Origin: a virus
Taxonomy: Duplodnaviria; Caudoviricetes
Length of the DNA stretch: 46,490 nt
Reading direction: 5' to 3' (one strand)
Virus record (IMG/VR): IMGVR_UViG_3300025296_000026
Span: 1-46,490 of that record
Numbering within the stretch: position 1 is the first letter of the stretch; each line of letters opens with the position of its first letter. Below, in pieces: positions 27,364 through 37,322 of the stretch. The notes under the pieces were generated by a model. The model worked only from the letters and a program-made list of their open reading frames with translations, was not told the origin of the DNA and searched no databases. Made by a program: the position numbers and the translations under genes.

Positions 27364-27766
27364 GTGAACGCGGCTATATGCCGACATCAAAGCGTTCTAA
27401 CTGGGAGACGCCTATGGAATTCTTTGATTACATAGATAGGCAGGTCTGGTATCAATACGGGCAACGCAACGAACATGGCACCACGCGGCAGGGTATTGGT
27501 TTTGTAATCCGCCCTATGGCAGAGGGATACGCACATGGATAAGAAAGGGCATAGAAGAACGAGCGGGCGTGTTCTTATTGCCTGCGCGAACTGACGTGCG
27601 ATGGTTCCATGATTACTTATGGAACGAAGCACAAATGCAACCGAGGGAAGGCATTCATATTCGATTCTTACGTGGGCGGGTTAAGTTTGTGGGGGCTGAC
27701 GCGAGCGCGCCGTTTCCGTCGATGGTTGCCTATATAGGACGAACGAATGAGAAAGATCGGCGATAA
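27357..27766 (+). pseudogene. Disrupted phage DNA N6-adenine methyltransferase
   Basis: WETP.EFFD in one frame; WFCNPPYG (NPPY 27506-17)...LLPARTD..WFHD...RFLRGR.KF...APFPS in another; the expected LD-x-A SAM-binding segment is missing. Confidence 0.8.
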
Positions 27767-28109
27767 GATAGAAGCCGACGGCAAAACATTCTATGTGGTG
27801 TATACGGGAGAGGCTCAGAGTGCGACGCGGACGCAGGGATTAGAACAGCGAGAGAAGCTCTGGGTATGGCCAATTGTTAGTAAGGTTTTTCAATCTAACC
27901 CGCATCGGGACTGGACACAATCGGATATCTTGCAATCAGTGAAACGGAAACAACCCAAAGGACAACGACTTGTAGATCGCCATATGATTAACAGTGCTAT
28001 CCAGTATGAAGTCCGTCGAGATAGGATTATGAAAACGGGTACAGTCAAAGTAATACGAAAGGCAGGCGGCAAGCAATTGTCCACGTATAGATGGGTTGTG
28101 AGTTCATAG
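27747..28109 (+). CDS. Hypothetical basic protein, possibly winged helix
   Basis: 120-aa ORF; helix-helix-wing-like pattern. Confidence 0.6.
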   Translation: MRKIGDKIEADGKTFYVVYTGEAQSATRTQGLEQREKLWVWPIVSKVFQSNPHRDWTQSDILQSVKRKQPKGQRLVDRHMINSAIQYEVRRDRIMKTGTVKVIRKAGGKQLSTYRWVVSS

Positions 28110-28130
28110 GGAACGTGTCATAGTTCGTTT

Positions 28131-30506
28131 ATGTCTATCTCATTAGGACAACGCTTATCTATTGCCGGGAAAGCTATCACGGGGATCTTTTCGGACGATA
28201 GCGCGAAGCAAGCGCAAGGTCTCTTAGGCGGCATCTTATCGGGTAGCACGGGCGACCCGCCGTATAGGGGCGCATCGAATATCCTTGCGGCATATTCGAC
28301 GATGCCGTGGTTACGCGCGGTCTCTCAACGAGTAGCCACATCGGTAGCGGCATCAACGACACAATGGCGTCTCTATGCGCCGAAATCAAGGGAACGTAGA
28401 GATGTTAGAAGGATACAGCGTGCAGCAGATAGTAAGACACGGCGCGGTCTGATTCGCCATCATAAGGGTTTGGAAGAGTTAGAAAGCCACATCTTACTTG
28501 AAGCATTGAACAAAGCGAATTCTTACATGGTAGGGCAGTCGCTTTTCAAACTTACGCAATTGCACTTAGATCTTGTCGGTGAGTCCTTTTGGATTAAGGA
28601 ACGTAATGCCTTCGGTGCGCCGTATGAATTCTGGCCTGTGCCTCCTGATTGGATAGAAGCGACACCGACACCTGAGAACCGTTCATATCAGGTAAGCTTT
28701 GGCGCGTGGCAAGGCGCAGTGCCTGAAACAGAGATCTTATGGATGGCAGATCTCGATCCGTCTAATCCGTACGGTCGCGGGACTGGCATGGCTCGTTCTT
28801 TGTCTGATGAATTAGAGACGGACGAATACGCAGCAAAGCATACGCGGCAATTGTTCTTTAATCGCGCGCGGCCCGATATGATTATCTGGCCGAAGTCTCA
28901 AGGGGCGCATGACGTAGGATTACAGCAGGACCAAGTAAGAAGGCTCGAAGAACGATGGTTAGATGGGCACCAGGGATTCTGGCGCGCGTTCAAACCCTTC
29001 TTTGTGGGCAGGGAGATTCAAGTCCATGAAGTGAATCAGTCATTGCAAGAGTTACAGTTAGTTGAATTGCGTAAGCATGAACGCGATACGATTGTGCAAG
29101 TGTTCGGCATCCCTCCTGAACTCTTAGGCATTCTCAATAATAGCAATAGGGCAACAATAGAATCGGCTGATTACTTGTTTAGTCGGTGGGTTATTACGCC
29201 GCGTCTGGAGTTCTTACGCGCGCAATTACAAGAACGTTTGATCCCTGAGTATGATGATCGCCTAGTGTTGGATTTTGTCTCGCCTGTGGAAGAAGACAGG
29301 GCGCATATGTTAGAAGCGGCAAAGGCTGCGCCGTGGGCGATGAAAGTCGACGAATGGAGAACCTTACAAGGGCAAGAAACATTAGACGATGAAGCAGGAC
29401 AGGTTCATATGATGCCTATGAACTTAATCCCTGTAAGAACGCCGAGCGTGCCTCCTGCGCCTATACCTGCAACCGTCGCAGGCGAGACACCACCTGAGGG
29501 CGACGTTATTACTAATACATGGGATCGAACGATAGCAGTTCTTAAGAGGGCAGGCGATAAGACAGGGCTAGCACAAGCCGAGAAGGAATCCGCATTAGAT
29601 AGATCGCGATTGCCTGAGATCTGGCAAGAACTCGCAGAGCAGGAGCCTTCTGTTGAACGCATGGTGCGTTTGCATATTCAAAAGATTAGCAAGGGATTGG
29701 ATAATGACCAATTAGCAAAGCTGAAAACCTTTAGTGAGTTAGAACGGTTGATTGATTTCGAGGGTTGGATTAGAGACTTAGATGACGCGATGCGCCCGCG
29801 ATGGAAGCGTGCCTATTGGACAGGGTTAGAATTCGCCGCACGTAAGTTAAACATTACGATAGAACGCGGACAGAGGAAGCAGAAACAAGAGCCCGCGATT
29901 GTTCCTATCGAGCCGACGTTTGATTTCAATACGGCGAATGCGGCAGCGGTGAACTGGGCAGAAACACGCGGCGGGCAGTTTGTCTATGAGATCAGCGAGT
30001 CGACAAAGAAAGCTTTGCGCGTGTCATTATCAAATGCGCTCAAGAACGGTCTGGCTTCTGAGAAGCTAGCCCAGGACATCTTACGTCTAGAGATTGGATT
30101 AACAGAACAACAACAAGAAGCCGTAGCACACTACGGCGAGAAATTGAAAGAGTTAGATCCTGAGATTTCCGATGCGAATCTCGTGGGTGCCGTAGATGAC
30201 TTCAGACAGGCCAAGATTCAATTACGTGCCAATACGATAGCACGGACTGAGTTGGCTATAGCGACGGCGAATGGTAGAGAAGAATTGTGGCGAGAGGCTA
30301 TCAAACAAGAGGTATTAGATGTCACAGAGTTACGCAAATCTTGGTTAGCGGCAAGCTATGATGTATGCCCTATCTGTACAGGGCTTGCAAACCAAGAGTC
30401 TATTCCATTCGATTCATACTGGACTGAAGGGTTTCGTTCTTATCAACGGGAACCCGCGCATCCGAATTGTCGGTGTACTGTAGTGCTTGATGTAGTGGAG
30501 GGATAA
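28131..30506 (+). CDS. Portal protein fused to a MuF/gp7-type head morphogenesis domain
   Basis: HK97-like portal (FGIPPELLG....NRA) followed by RA.TIARTE, K.W....D.CP.C and HPNCRC. Confidence 0.9.
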   Translation: MSISLGQRLSIAGKAITGIFSDDSAKQAQGLLGGILSGSTGDPPYRGASNILAAYSTMPWLRAVSQRVATSVAASTTQWRLYAPKSRERRDVRRIQRAADSKTRRGLIRHHKGLEELESHILLEALNKANSYMVGQSLFKLTQLHLDLVGESFWIKERNAFGAPYEFWPVPPDWIEATPTPENRSYQVSFGAWQGAVPETEILWMADLDPSNPYGRGTGMARSLSDELETDEYAAKHTRQLFFNRARPDMIIWPKSQGAHDVGLQQDQVRRLEERWLDGHQGFWRAFKPFFVGREIQVHEVNQSLQELQLVELRKHERDTIVQVFGIPPELLGILNNSNRATIESADYLFSRWVITPRLEFLRAQLQERLIPEYDDRLVLDFVSPVEEDRAHMLEAAKAAPWAMKVDEWRTLQGQETLDDEAGQVHMMPMNLIPVRTPSVPPAPIPATVAGETPPEGDVITNTWDRTIAVLKRAGDKTGLAQAEKESALDRSRLPEIWQELAEQEPSVERMVRLHIQKISKGLDNDQLAKLKTFSELERLIDFEGWIRDLDDAMRPRWKRAYWTGLEFAARKLNITIERGQRKQKQEPAIVPIEPTFDFNTANAAAVNWAETRGGQFVYEISESTKKALRVSLSNALKNGLASEKLAQDILRLEIGLTEQQQEAVAHYGEKLKELDPEISDANLVGAVDDFRQAKIQLRANTIARTELAIATANGREELWREAIKQEVLDVTELRKSWLAASYDVCPICTGLANQESIPFDSYWTEGFRSYQREPAHPNCRCTVVLDVVEG

Positions 30507-30511
30507 GAACG

Positions 30512-30772
30512 ATGGGATGGTTAGGTATCGGCGCGAAGCTTTTACCGTATATTGTTGAGGCTGTGGTTTGGGTAGAAAAGTTTATCAAGGCGAAAGGGCA
30601 ACCGAAGCAGGATGCGGCTGTTCATATGGTGCAATCTATCTTAGGACTAGCGGAACAAGGCGCAGATAAGAACCTGCTTTCTAACCGCGCCGTAGAAGAG
30701 GCGACGCGATCTGTCATTGATGCCGTTGTGAAATTAAACAACGTTATTGCATCGAAGGGCGGGAATGAGTAG
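30512..30772 (+). CDS. Small amphipathic protein
   Basis: LP.I..AV..VE......G..K..A pattern; possibly membrane-associated. Confidence 0.65.
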   Translation: MGWLGIGAKLLPYIVEAVVWVEKFIKAKGQPKQDAAVHMVQSILGLAEQGADKNLLSNRAVEEATRSVIDAVVKLNNVIASKGGNE

Positions 30773-31442
30773 ACCGATAGCACCATATGAACTCAGTCCA
30801 TCAAATGCTGAGACGGTCATACGAGACGGCAAGGTTATCTTATCCACGCCGAGGAAGAAAGTTGCGATCACAGGCGCAGGGAAATCATTACGCCGTTTAC
30901 CGTGGTTAGATAGGGACTATGAAATCTGGGGCTTAAACAATTTTTGGAATGCTATGCGAGATCCGCAGGGTCGCTTACGCGCGGATCGATGGTTTGAATT
31001 GCACCCGCCTACAGAGGATATACAGGATGAATTCGATATGCAGTGGTTGCGCGAATGTCCTGTGCCTATCTATACGACAGAACCCTTTGATAAGAACCCA
31101 AACGCGGTAGTCTTTCCTTTGCAGGAATTATCTATTAAGTATCGCGATTACTTCTCGTGTACGTTTGCCTATCAAATAGCCCTGGCCATAGACGAAGGGT
31201 TTGAAGAAATAGCGGTGCATGGATTAGAGCTTGTCCACGGGACACAACGAGAAGCGACGGTAGAACGTGCTTGTGTGGATTGGTGGCTCGGGTATGCCGA
31301 AGGTCTCGGAATTACGATAGACATTCCTACGGGCGATCACGTGCTGAAACACTGGGCGCGCTATGGGTTTGATTATTGGCAAGAGGCTAACATTGTTCGG
31401 CAATATGTTGGTTCCTTCGTGGATAGGAAGGTTGCGGAATAA
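30765..31442 (+). CDS. Putative glycosyltransferase 1 (Maf/DUF115/CstII-like Rossmann fold)
   Basis: KKVAITGAGKS, EIWGLNN, FELH, YFSCTFAYQIALAI.EGFEEIAVHGLEL. Confidence 0.6.
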   Translation: MSRPIAPYELSPSNAETVIRDGKVILSTPRKKVAITGAGKSLRRLPWLDRDYEIWGLNNFWNAMRDPQGRLRADRWFELHPPTEDIQDEFDMQWLRECPVPIYTTEPFDKNPNAVVFPLQELSIKYRDYFSCTFAYQIALAIDEGFEEIAVHGLELVHGTQREATVERACVDWWLGYAEGLGITIDIPTGDHVLKHWARYGFDYWQEANIVRQYVGSFVDRKVAE

Positions 31443-31466
31443 AGATAGACAAGGTGAATGATTGCG

Positions 31467-31542
31467 TGTCATGGTAGCCACTGGGTTGGTGCTAGTGGCC
31501 GGGGCATTGGTTCACTTCCTCCGGGCTGATGTCCCGGTCTAC
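31467..31542 (+). promoter_or_regulatory. Extended -10-like box and two-hairpin leader upstream of the capsid operon
   Basis: TGTCATGGT; stems 31477-84/31492-99 and 31499-513/31523-37. Confidence 0.5.
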
Positions 31543-31560
31543 TACGCGGGAGATTGAAGT

Positions 31561-33162
31561 ATGAAAAGACCCGAGCAAGAGATTAGTAATCTTACGGAAT
31601 GGCGCAAGGATGCCGAGGCGGGTACGGCGTCAGATCAAACAATCCTACGTAAGCAATTCTTAGGCGAGGTTGAAATAGCAGAGGGACGACTTGTTAAGTT
31701 TGTTATTACGACAGGAGACGCAGATAGGGAGAACGACGTTATTAGCTCACAAGGGTGGGACGTTTCTAACTATCTTAAGAACCCTGTAGTTCTCTTCGCC
31801 CATGATTATGATTCGCTTCCCGTGGCACGCGCGATTAGTCTTGAACAAGAAGGCGATACGTTGATCGCTGTTGCGGAATTCGCAAGTGCCGAATTGAATC
31901 CTATGGCAGAGCGTGTCTATCAAATGCTCAAACAGGGGTTCTTACGCGGGGCGTCTGTAGGATTTCGCCCTGTAACGTTTGCATACAACGAAGGGCGTGG
32001 AGGCGTCGATTTCGCGAAGCAGGAACTCTTGGAATTTTCTATTGTCCCGATTCCCGCGAATGCGTCGGCGTTGATGGCGGCAGGCTTAAAGGAACATGAT
32101 GCGTCCATCTTAGTTACATGGGCGAAGGATTTACTAAGAGCCTATGACCCGGAAGCCTTAGAAACAAAGGCACCGATTAGTGATCAGTTAGATGATTTCC
32201 TAGATGTTATCCGTAAGATGATGAATGACATCAAGGTCTCGGTAAGAGAGACGATTAGAAACGTTGACGAATTTCAAAACACGTTCCAATATACTACGCC
32301 GCGTAGCATTGGCGATGATGAACGTATTGCGAAAAAGGATAAGGGTATTGCACCTAAGAACGTCTCAGAAGAAACTGCGCCGATGGATGCGCCGTGGAGA
32401 AAGCCATCGCTCGGTGACTATGTGGACCAACCGTGGGATGACTTAGATAGTGGAGAACGGAAACGAATAGCGGGCCACTATGCGTGGGCAACGAGTGCAG
32501 AGCCAGAGGCGTTCGGAGAAATGAAACTCCCGCATCATAGGCCAGAGGATGGCTACGTTGTATGGCGTGGCGTTGTGGCAGCGTCGGGGCGATTAGATCA
32601 AACTGATTTCCCATCTGCTGACATGGAAGCGGTCAAGAACCATCTAGCAAAGCATTTCCGCGAGTTTGATAGAGAGCCACCGTGGGAACGTGATTCGGCT
32701 TCATGGTCGGCGTTTGTTAAGGCGAGAAAGAGACGCGAACAAAAGTCTAACACGCCGATCAAAGACATAGAGCTTGCGGCTTTGTTGCATGATTATGGAT
32801 TTGAAGATGAGGCAGTCGGCCTAGTTATGGGAGACGCGACGAGCGATGTGCAATCACATTCGTGGGCTGATGCCTATCAAGCACAAATGCTTAGCGCCTT
32901 ACAACGTATTGAGGGACGTTTGAAAGAAACAAGTGTGCAGGCTTTACAGGAGGTGCAACCAAGAACCGAGGGATTAGATAAAACGGAGTTAGACGCGCAT
33001 GATTTCGTATTAGAACTCGATGATCACTCGGATGACTTGGTAGAGATAGACTCTGCGGATCTGGTGGGGGCGATGCGTTCCGCATTGCGCGATTCTGTAG
33101 GCACCGTCGTGGGGGCGGAAATGAAATCCGCTATCAATGCCCTACGCGGACGACTCGATTGA
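31561..33162 (+). CDS. HK97-type prohead protease with a long C-terminal extension
   Basis: DRENDVI, NPVVLFAHD, SVGF.P, LLEFSIVPIPAN; extra domain containing KLPHH. Confidence 0.9.
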   Translation: MKRPEQEISNLTEWRKDAEAGTASDQTILRKQFLGEVEIAEGRLVKFVITTGDADRENDVISSQGWDVSNYLKNPVVLFAHDYDSLPVARAISLEQEGDTLIAVAEFASAELNPMAERVYQMLKQGFLRGASVGFRPVTFAYNEGRGGVDFAKQELLEFSIVPIPANASALMAAGLKEHDASILVTWAKDLLRAYDPEALETKAPISDQLDDFLDVIRKMMNDIKVSVRETIRNVDEFQNTFQYTTPRSIGDDERIAKKDKGIAPKNVSEETAPMDAPWRKPSLGDYVDQPWDDLDSGERKRIAGHYAWATSAEPEAFGEMKLPHHRPEDGYVVWRGVVAASGRLDQTDFPSADMEAVKNHLAKHFREFDREPPWERDSASWSAFVKARKRREQKSNTPIKDIELAALLHDYGFEDEAVGLVMGDATSDVQSHSWADAYQAQMLSALQRIEGRLKETSVQALQEVQPRTEGLDKTELDAHDFVLELDDHSDDLVEIDSADLVGAMRSALRDSVGTVVGAEMKSAINALRGRLD

Positions 33163-33172
33163 TAGTGGGAGA

Positions 33173-34444
33173 ATGATAATGAGCAGAGGTATGACGAAGG
33201 ATGAACTCGCAGATTTCGTTAAGAACGTATCATTGCCGTTGATCAAAGATCAGCTTGGCAGCGATCTATCTAACATCGTGAGAGAAAACGTTGAGAAGAT
33301 GGCAGCGGATCAAAGTGGTCCGTGGGCGTCGAAGTGGGCGCATCGTCTATCTAATGATAAGCCTGTAACTGAACGTCCCAAGGGCGAAGCCTTTGGACGT
33401 GTTGTCCGCGCGATGGCAGCGGCGAAAATGAATAAGCTTGGCGGTGAGGGCACCGTTGAGATTCTTAGAGGATGGGGCGACAATGATCTTGCTGACGCGC
33501 TATCATCGGCGAGGTCTAAGGCACTGGCAGCAGGTGACGCGACGGCAGGCGGGTTCCTTGTTCCTACGCAGTTTTCTAACGAAGTAATTGAACTGTTGCG
33601 GGCGCAGAGCGTAGTAAGAAGGCTCGGCGCGAGAACCGTGCAGATGCCAACGGGGACGTTGAAGTATCCGAAAATTGCCACGGGCGCAAGTGCGGCCTAT
33701 GTTGGTGAGAACGTGAACATTTCTAAGTCCGAAGAAACTTTCGGGCAGGTAACATTGACCTTTAAGAAGTTGGCAGTTATGACGCCAATTTCTAATGATC
33801 TCTTACGTTATAGCTCGCCGTCTGCTGATGCGATGGTCAGAGATGATCTCGTCTCTTCTATGGCAACGAAAGAGGATTCCTCGTTCATTCGCGGTAATGG
33901 GACAGACGCCACGCCAAAGGGTCTATTGAATTGGTGCGTAGCTGATCAAAAGATTGCCGCGAATGGCACTGTCAATCTGGCGAATATCACGGATGATCTC
34001 GGGCAATTGGTAGTCAAACTCAAAGAGGCGAATATTCCTATGATTTCGCCAGGATGGATTATGGCACCACGGACCGAACAGAAACTTGCCACTATCCAGA
34101 ATGCGAATGGCGTGTTTGCATTTAGAGACGAAGTTATTCAGGGAACGCTGTGGGGTTGGCCTGTTGGCGTAACGACCAATGTTCCTATCACGCTAGATAC
34201 TACGGGCGCAGGGAATGATAACGAATCAGAAGTCTACCTCGTAGACTTTGCCCAGGTTCTTATTGGTGAGTCGCAGAACCTATTAGTAGACTCTTCGCAG
34301 GAAGCGGCCTATCACGACGGGTCTAATGTGCAGGCGGCTTTCAGCTTGGATCAAACTGTGGTTCGTGCGATTGCTGAGCATGATCTTGGCATGCGGCATG
34401 ACAAGGCTGTCTCGATTCTTACCGGGGTAACGTGGACACCCTAA
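33173..34444 (+). CDS. Major capsid protein, HK97 fold
   Basis: GGFLVP......IE.LR, A.YVGE, F..G.GT...P.G, W.M.P, G.PV; start at ATG 33173 or 33179. Confidence 0.93.
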   Translation: MIMSRGMTKDELADFVKNVSLPLIKDQLGSDLSNIVRENVEKMAADQSGPWASKWAHRLSNDKPVTERPKGEAFGRVVRAMAAAKMNKLGGEGTVEILRGWGDNDLADALSSARSKALAAGDATAGGFLVPTQFSNEVIELLRAQSVVRRLGARTVQMPTGTLKYPKIATGASAAYVGENVNISKSEETFGQVTLTFKKLAVMTPISNDLLRYSSPSADAMVRDDLVSSMATKEDSSFIRGNGTDATPKGLLNWCVADQKIAANGTVNLANITDDLGQLVVKLKEANIPMISPGWIMAPRTEQKLATIQNANGVFAFRDEVIQGTLWGWPVGVTTNVPITLDTTGAGNDNESEVYLVDFAQVLIGESQNLLVDSSQEAAYHDGSNVQAAFSLDQTVVRAIAEHDLGMRHDKAVSILTGVTWTP

Positions 34445-34488
34445 GTGAGATAGATAAGGGCTATTACTTTTCTTAGCGAGGTAGGGAT

Positions 34489-35109
34489 ATGATTACGAGA
34501 GATGTGGCACAGATTCGACCGATTGCCGCTGTTGACGTGGAGACCTATGATGCGTCTTGCGGCAGCAACGATGGAACGACTGGCAATGAAGTAAAGGGGC
34601 GTATTATTGATAGGCTCGGACTCGGACGTTCTTATACGTCCGCGTTACTCCATGCTCATGGATGGGGAGACATTGGTACAAGTACGGCAAGCGGCACAAA
34701 GTTTATGACCGTCGGCGCGAGGTTGCTACATAGCAGCACGACGTGTTCTGATGACTTTGATGAACTCTCGACAGGCAATAGACCTTCTAACGAAGCGCTA
34801 TTTCTTACTGGGAATACCACGTCAACGCTTGCCTCGGGTTTCATGGCTACGTCTACGAGTGTAGGAACCTTTGGCGTCTTTACCGCTACGGCCACAGGGT
34901 CGGCGGCGGGCGATTCGTTTGGCTTCTACGATCTAACTGGGGCGCAGCGATTCATACAGGCAGCATTGTTATGGAATACGAATGCTTCTAGCTCTGGTGG
35001 CAGTGTCCTAGAAGCAGGCGTAGACCTTGGGTTTGGTGCGGTGGATGAAGTGCCACATCAAACGACGAGCACGGCAGCAGTCTATGTGACGACGTGTAAT
35101 GACGCATAA
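34489..35109 (+). CDS. Ser/Thr-rich capsid decoration/cement-like protein
   Basis: Directly follows the MCP; G..IDR.G and DL.GA.RFI beta-sandwich pattern; about 25% Ser+Thr by hand count. Confidence 0.65.
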   Translation: MITRDVAQIRPIAAVDVETYDASCGSNDGTTGNEVKGRIIDRLGLGRSYTSALLHAHGWGDIGTSTASGTKFMTVGARLLHSSTTCSDDFDELSTGNRPSNEALFLTGNTTSTLASGFMATSTSVGTFGVFTATATGSAAGDSFGFYDLTGAQRFIQAALLWNTNASSSGGSVLEAGVDLGFGAVDEVPHQTTSTAAVYVTTCNDA

Positions 35110-35117
35110 GCATTGGC

Positions 35118-35354
35118 ATGGCTCTTATAACAGTCGAGGTAATAGGCAAACCGCTTATCTTACAGGGACGTGTTACGTTTCAAGTAGGCGAACGGTTTGG
35201 TTTAGACTCACACTGTAAAGAGTTCAAGGATATGATAGAGCGGGGATGGGTTCGTATCTGCCCATCTCCGCCTTCTATAACTGCGCTTACCAACCCAGTA
35301 GGCGATAAGCAGATCACAAGAAAGAAAACGCGGAGGAAGGGATTGCATGTCTAG
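35118..35354 (+). CDS. Small head-associated protein
   Basis: Position after the capsid genes; GE.F......MIE.GW motif and a basic tail. Confidence 0.6.
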   Translation: MALITVEVIGKPLILQGRVTFQVGERFGLDSHCKEFKDMIERGWVRICPSPPSITALTNPVGDKQITRKKTRRKGLHV

Positions 35355-36294
35355 CCATCTAACAGCGAAAGAAGCCGAACCCGGATCTGGGGTACAGTTT
35401 GATCATGCTGCGGAGAAGGATTATCAAATAGAAATTGTCGATAAGATAGAGGGCCGACTCAAGTGTACGCCGAAGCGAGAGAAGGTAGCGATCATAGGCT
35501 TTGCTACGTCGAGTAGAGACCTTGCGCCCTTTGATGATCCGTCTTATGAGATATGGACATTAAACCAATTGTATCGGCATGTTCCGAGGGCTACTCGGCA
35601 TTTCGACATTCATTGCAACTGGGAAGAGGATAACGTCGAAGGCACTGATCATAGAGGATGGATACGAGAGGCACCGATTCCTACCTATATGATAGAGGCT
35701 CACGATGATCTCCCGAACGCGGTGCGCTTTCCTATTGAGAAGGTAATCAAAGACGCAGGCATAGATTACTTCACAAGCACCGTCGCCTTTGAAGTTGGAT
35801 TAGCTCTCTATGAGGGATTCAAGGAGATTTCCTTATACGGTATTGACCTTATCGTAGGCACTGAGTATTCGGTACAGAAAGCCTGTCTAGAATTTTGGTT
35901 AGGGATTGCCCATGCGCGAGGCGTGAATGTGCGTATCCCGGAACAGAGCGCATTGTTACATCAGTCTTATCGGTACGGGTATGAACAGGAACCGGATTGG
36001 GGACCGCTGCAAATGGTAGAAGTATCAAAGCGCATAGACCATCTAAGTAACGAACGGAATAAGCAAATGGCATTGATTAATGCGTTAGACGGCGCACTTG
36101 CCGAAGATGATAGATGGTTTGTTAAGAAGATAAATGGGATAACACCCGAAGAACGCATTAAGACTTTGAACGGCCAGAGAGGGCAGGCGATGGCGTCATT
36201 GGCAACGATAGATGGCGCGATCCAAGAAACCACCTATTGGCGGGATCTCTATACGTTACGCGGTCGCGGTGCGGCTGTTAATCCTATGGTCTAA
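35347..36294 (+). CDS. Putative glycosyltransferase 2 (paralogue of 30765..31442) with C-terminal coiled coil
   Basis: KVAIIGFATSS, EIWTLN, HFDIH, YFTSTVAFEVGLALYEGFKEISLYGIDL, EY..QK...EFWLG.A..RG. Confidence 0.62.
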   Translation: MSSHLTAKEAEPGSGVQFDHAAEKDYQIEIVDKIEGRLKCTPKREKVAIIGFATSSRDLAPFDDPSYEIWTLNQLYRHVPRATRHFDIHCNWEEDNVEGTDHRGWIREAPIPTYMIEAHDDLPNAVRFPIEKVIKDAGIDYFTSTVAFEVGLALYEGFKEISLYGIDLIVGTEYSVQKACLEFWLGIAHARGVNVRIPEQSALLHQSYRYGYEQEPDWGPLQMVEVSKRIDHLSNERNKQMALINALDGALAEDDRWFVKKINGITPEERIKTLNGQRGQAMASLATIDGAIQETTYWRDLYTLRGRGAAVNPMV

Positions 36295-36296
36295 CT

Positions 36297-36968
36297 ATGA
36301 TCTCTGTCTGTACGAGTAGCACCGATGAACAATTAGCGGCGCTCGGGGATCTTATGATGGTTCTTGGCGTCACGGCGTCGTCGTCCGGGATGGACCTTGC
36401 ACTTACACAGGCGTCCGATTGGACTACGCGATTTGTAGGGTATGACCTTCGGCGGCAGGTATATGAAGAGACCGTGGCGAGTTATGGTTCGCAACGTCTT
36501 ATGTTAAGTCAAACGCCCATACGATCTGTGCAACGTTTCTTCAATTCGACAAGTACGGCTGATGCGACAGAGTTTGAATCGAGCGAATATCGTGTATCTG
36601 ATAAGGAAGCGGGTTTCATACAAAGAGATCAAGGATATGAATGGACAGCACAACGGCGATGGGACTTAGGCAGTTATGTTGTTCCGAATAGCGAAACGCG
36701 CCCGTGGCTTGTAGTCTACGAAGCGGGTTATCAAATAGGAGAAACAAGTTCAACTAGTGACAAGTGGGCAACAACGAGTACGTCTAATTCCTTGCCACCG
36801 ACAATAGAACGCGCAGTCCTCTTGCGCGCGGCGGAAATGTATCAAGGATCGGCGGGCGTTAAGCAATTGAAAGTTGGCCCGCTCTCGGTTACATACTCAA
36901 GCGAATCAGCAGATGGTAACTCGGACAGCCCATCTGCCTTACTTAGACCATTCATGCGGATTGATTGA
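36297..36968 (+). CDS. Head-tail adaptor (gp6/gp15-like)
   Basis: L...PI..V, VVYEAGY, LP..IE.A, VG.LSVTY, L.PF; synteny. Confidence 0.8.
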   Translation: MISVCTSSTDEQLAALGDLMMVLGVTASSSGMDLALTQASDWTTRFVGYDLRRQVYEETVASYGSQRLMLSQTPIRSVQRFFNSTSTADATEFESSEYRVSDKEAGFIQRDQGYEWTAQRRWDLGSYVVPNSETRPWLVVYEAGYQIGETSSTSDKWATTSTSNSLPPTIERAVLLRAAEMYQGSAGVKQLKVGPLSVTYSSESADGNSDSPSALLRPFMRID

Positions 36969-36969
36969 T

Positions 36970-37317
36970 ATGTTTAACGTGAATATATTTTCTCCGCTAA
37001 TGAAACAAAGTGTCACGGTGGAACCGTTTCAAAGCTACGATAGCTATGGGTCGCCGAGCTATGGGACGGCTGTAGAATACGAGGGCGCGGTAGTAGGAAA
37101 GACGGAGAAGATTATCGGCGCTGATGGGCAAGAGGTTCTTAGTCGTCAGACGGTCTATCTAAAGTCAGACGCCGCGTTACGTCCATCCGATAGGATTACG
37201 TTATCAACGGGCGATATAGGTTCAACGGAAAGCTATGCGATTAATCCCGAGATCTTATCTATCGGTCGTTTCCCATTTGGAAGATCGCAAGGATGCACAG
37301 TTGTCTACCTTAAATAA
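36970..37317 (+). CDS. Head closure (stopper) protein
   Basis: D.YG.P.Y, G.E..S...VY, DRITL; synteny. Confidence 0.75.
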   Translation: MFNVNIFSPLMKQSVTVEPFQSYDSYGSPSYGTAVEYEGAVVGKTEKIIGADGQEVLSRQTVYLKSDAALRPSDRITLSTGDIGSTESYAINPEILSIGRFPFGRSQGCTVVYLK

Positions 37318-37322
37318 TTACT

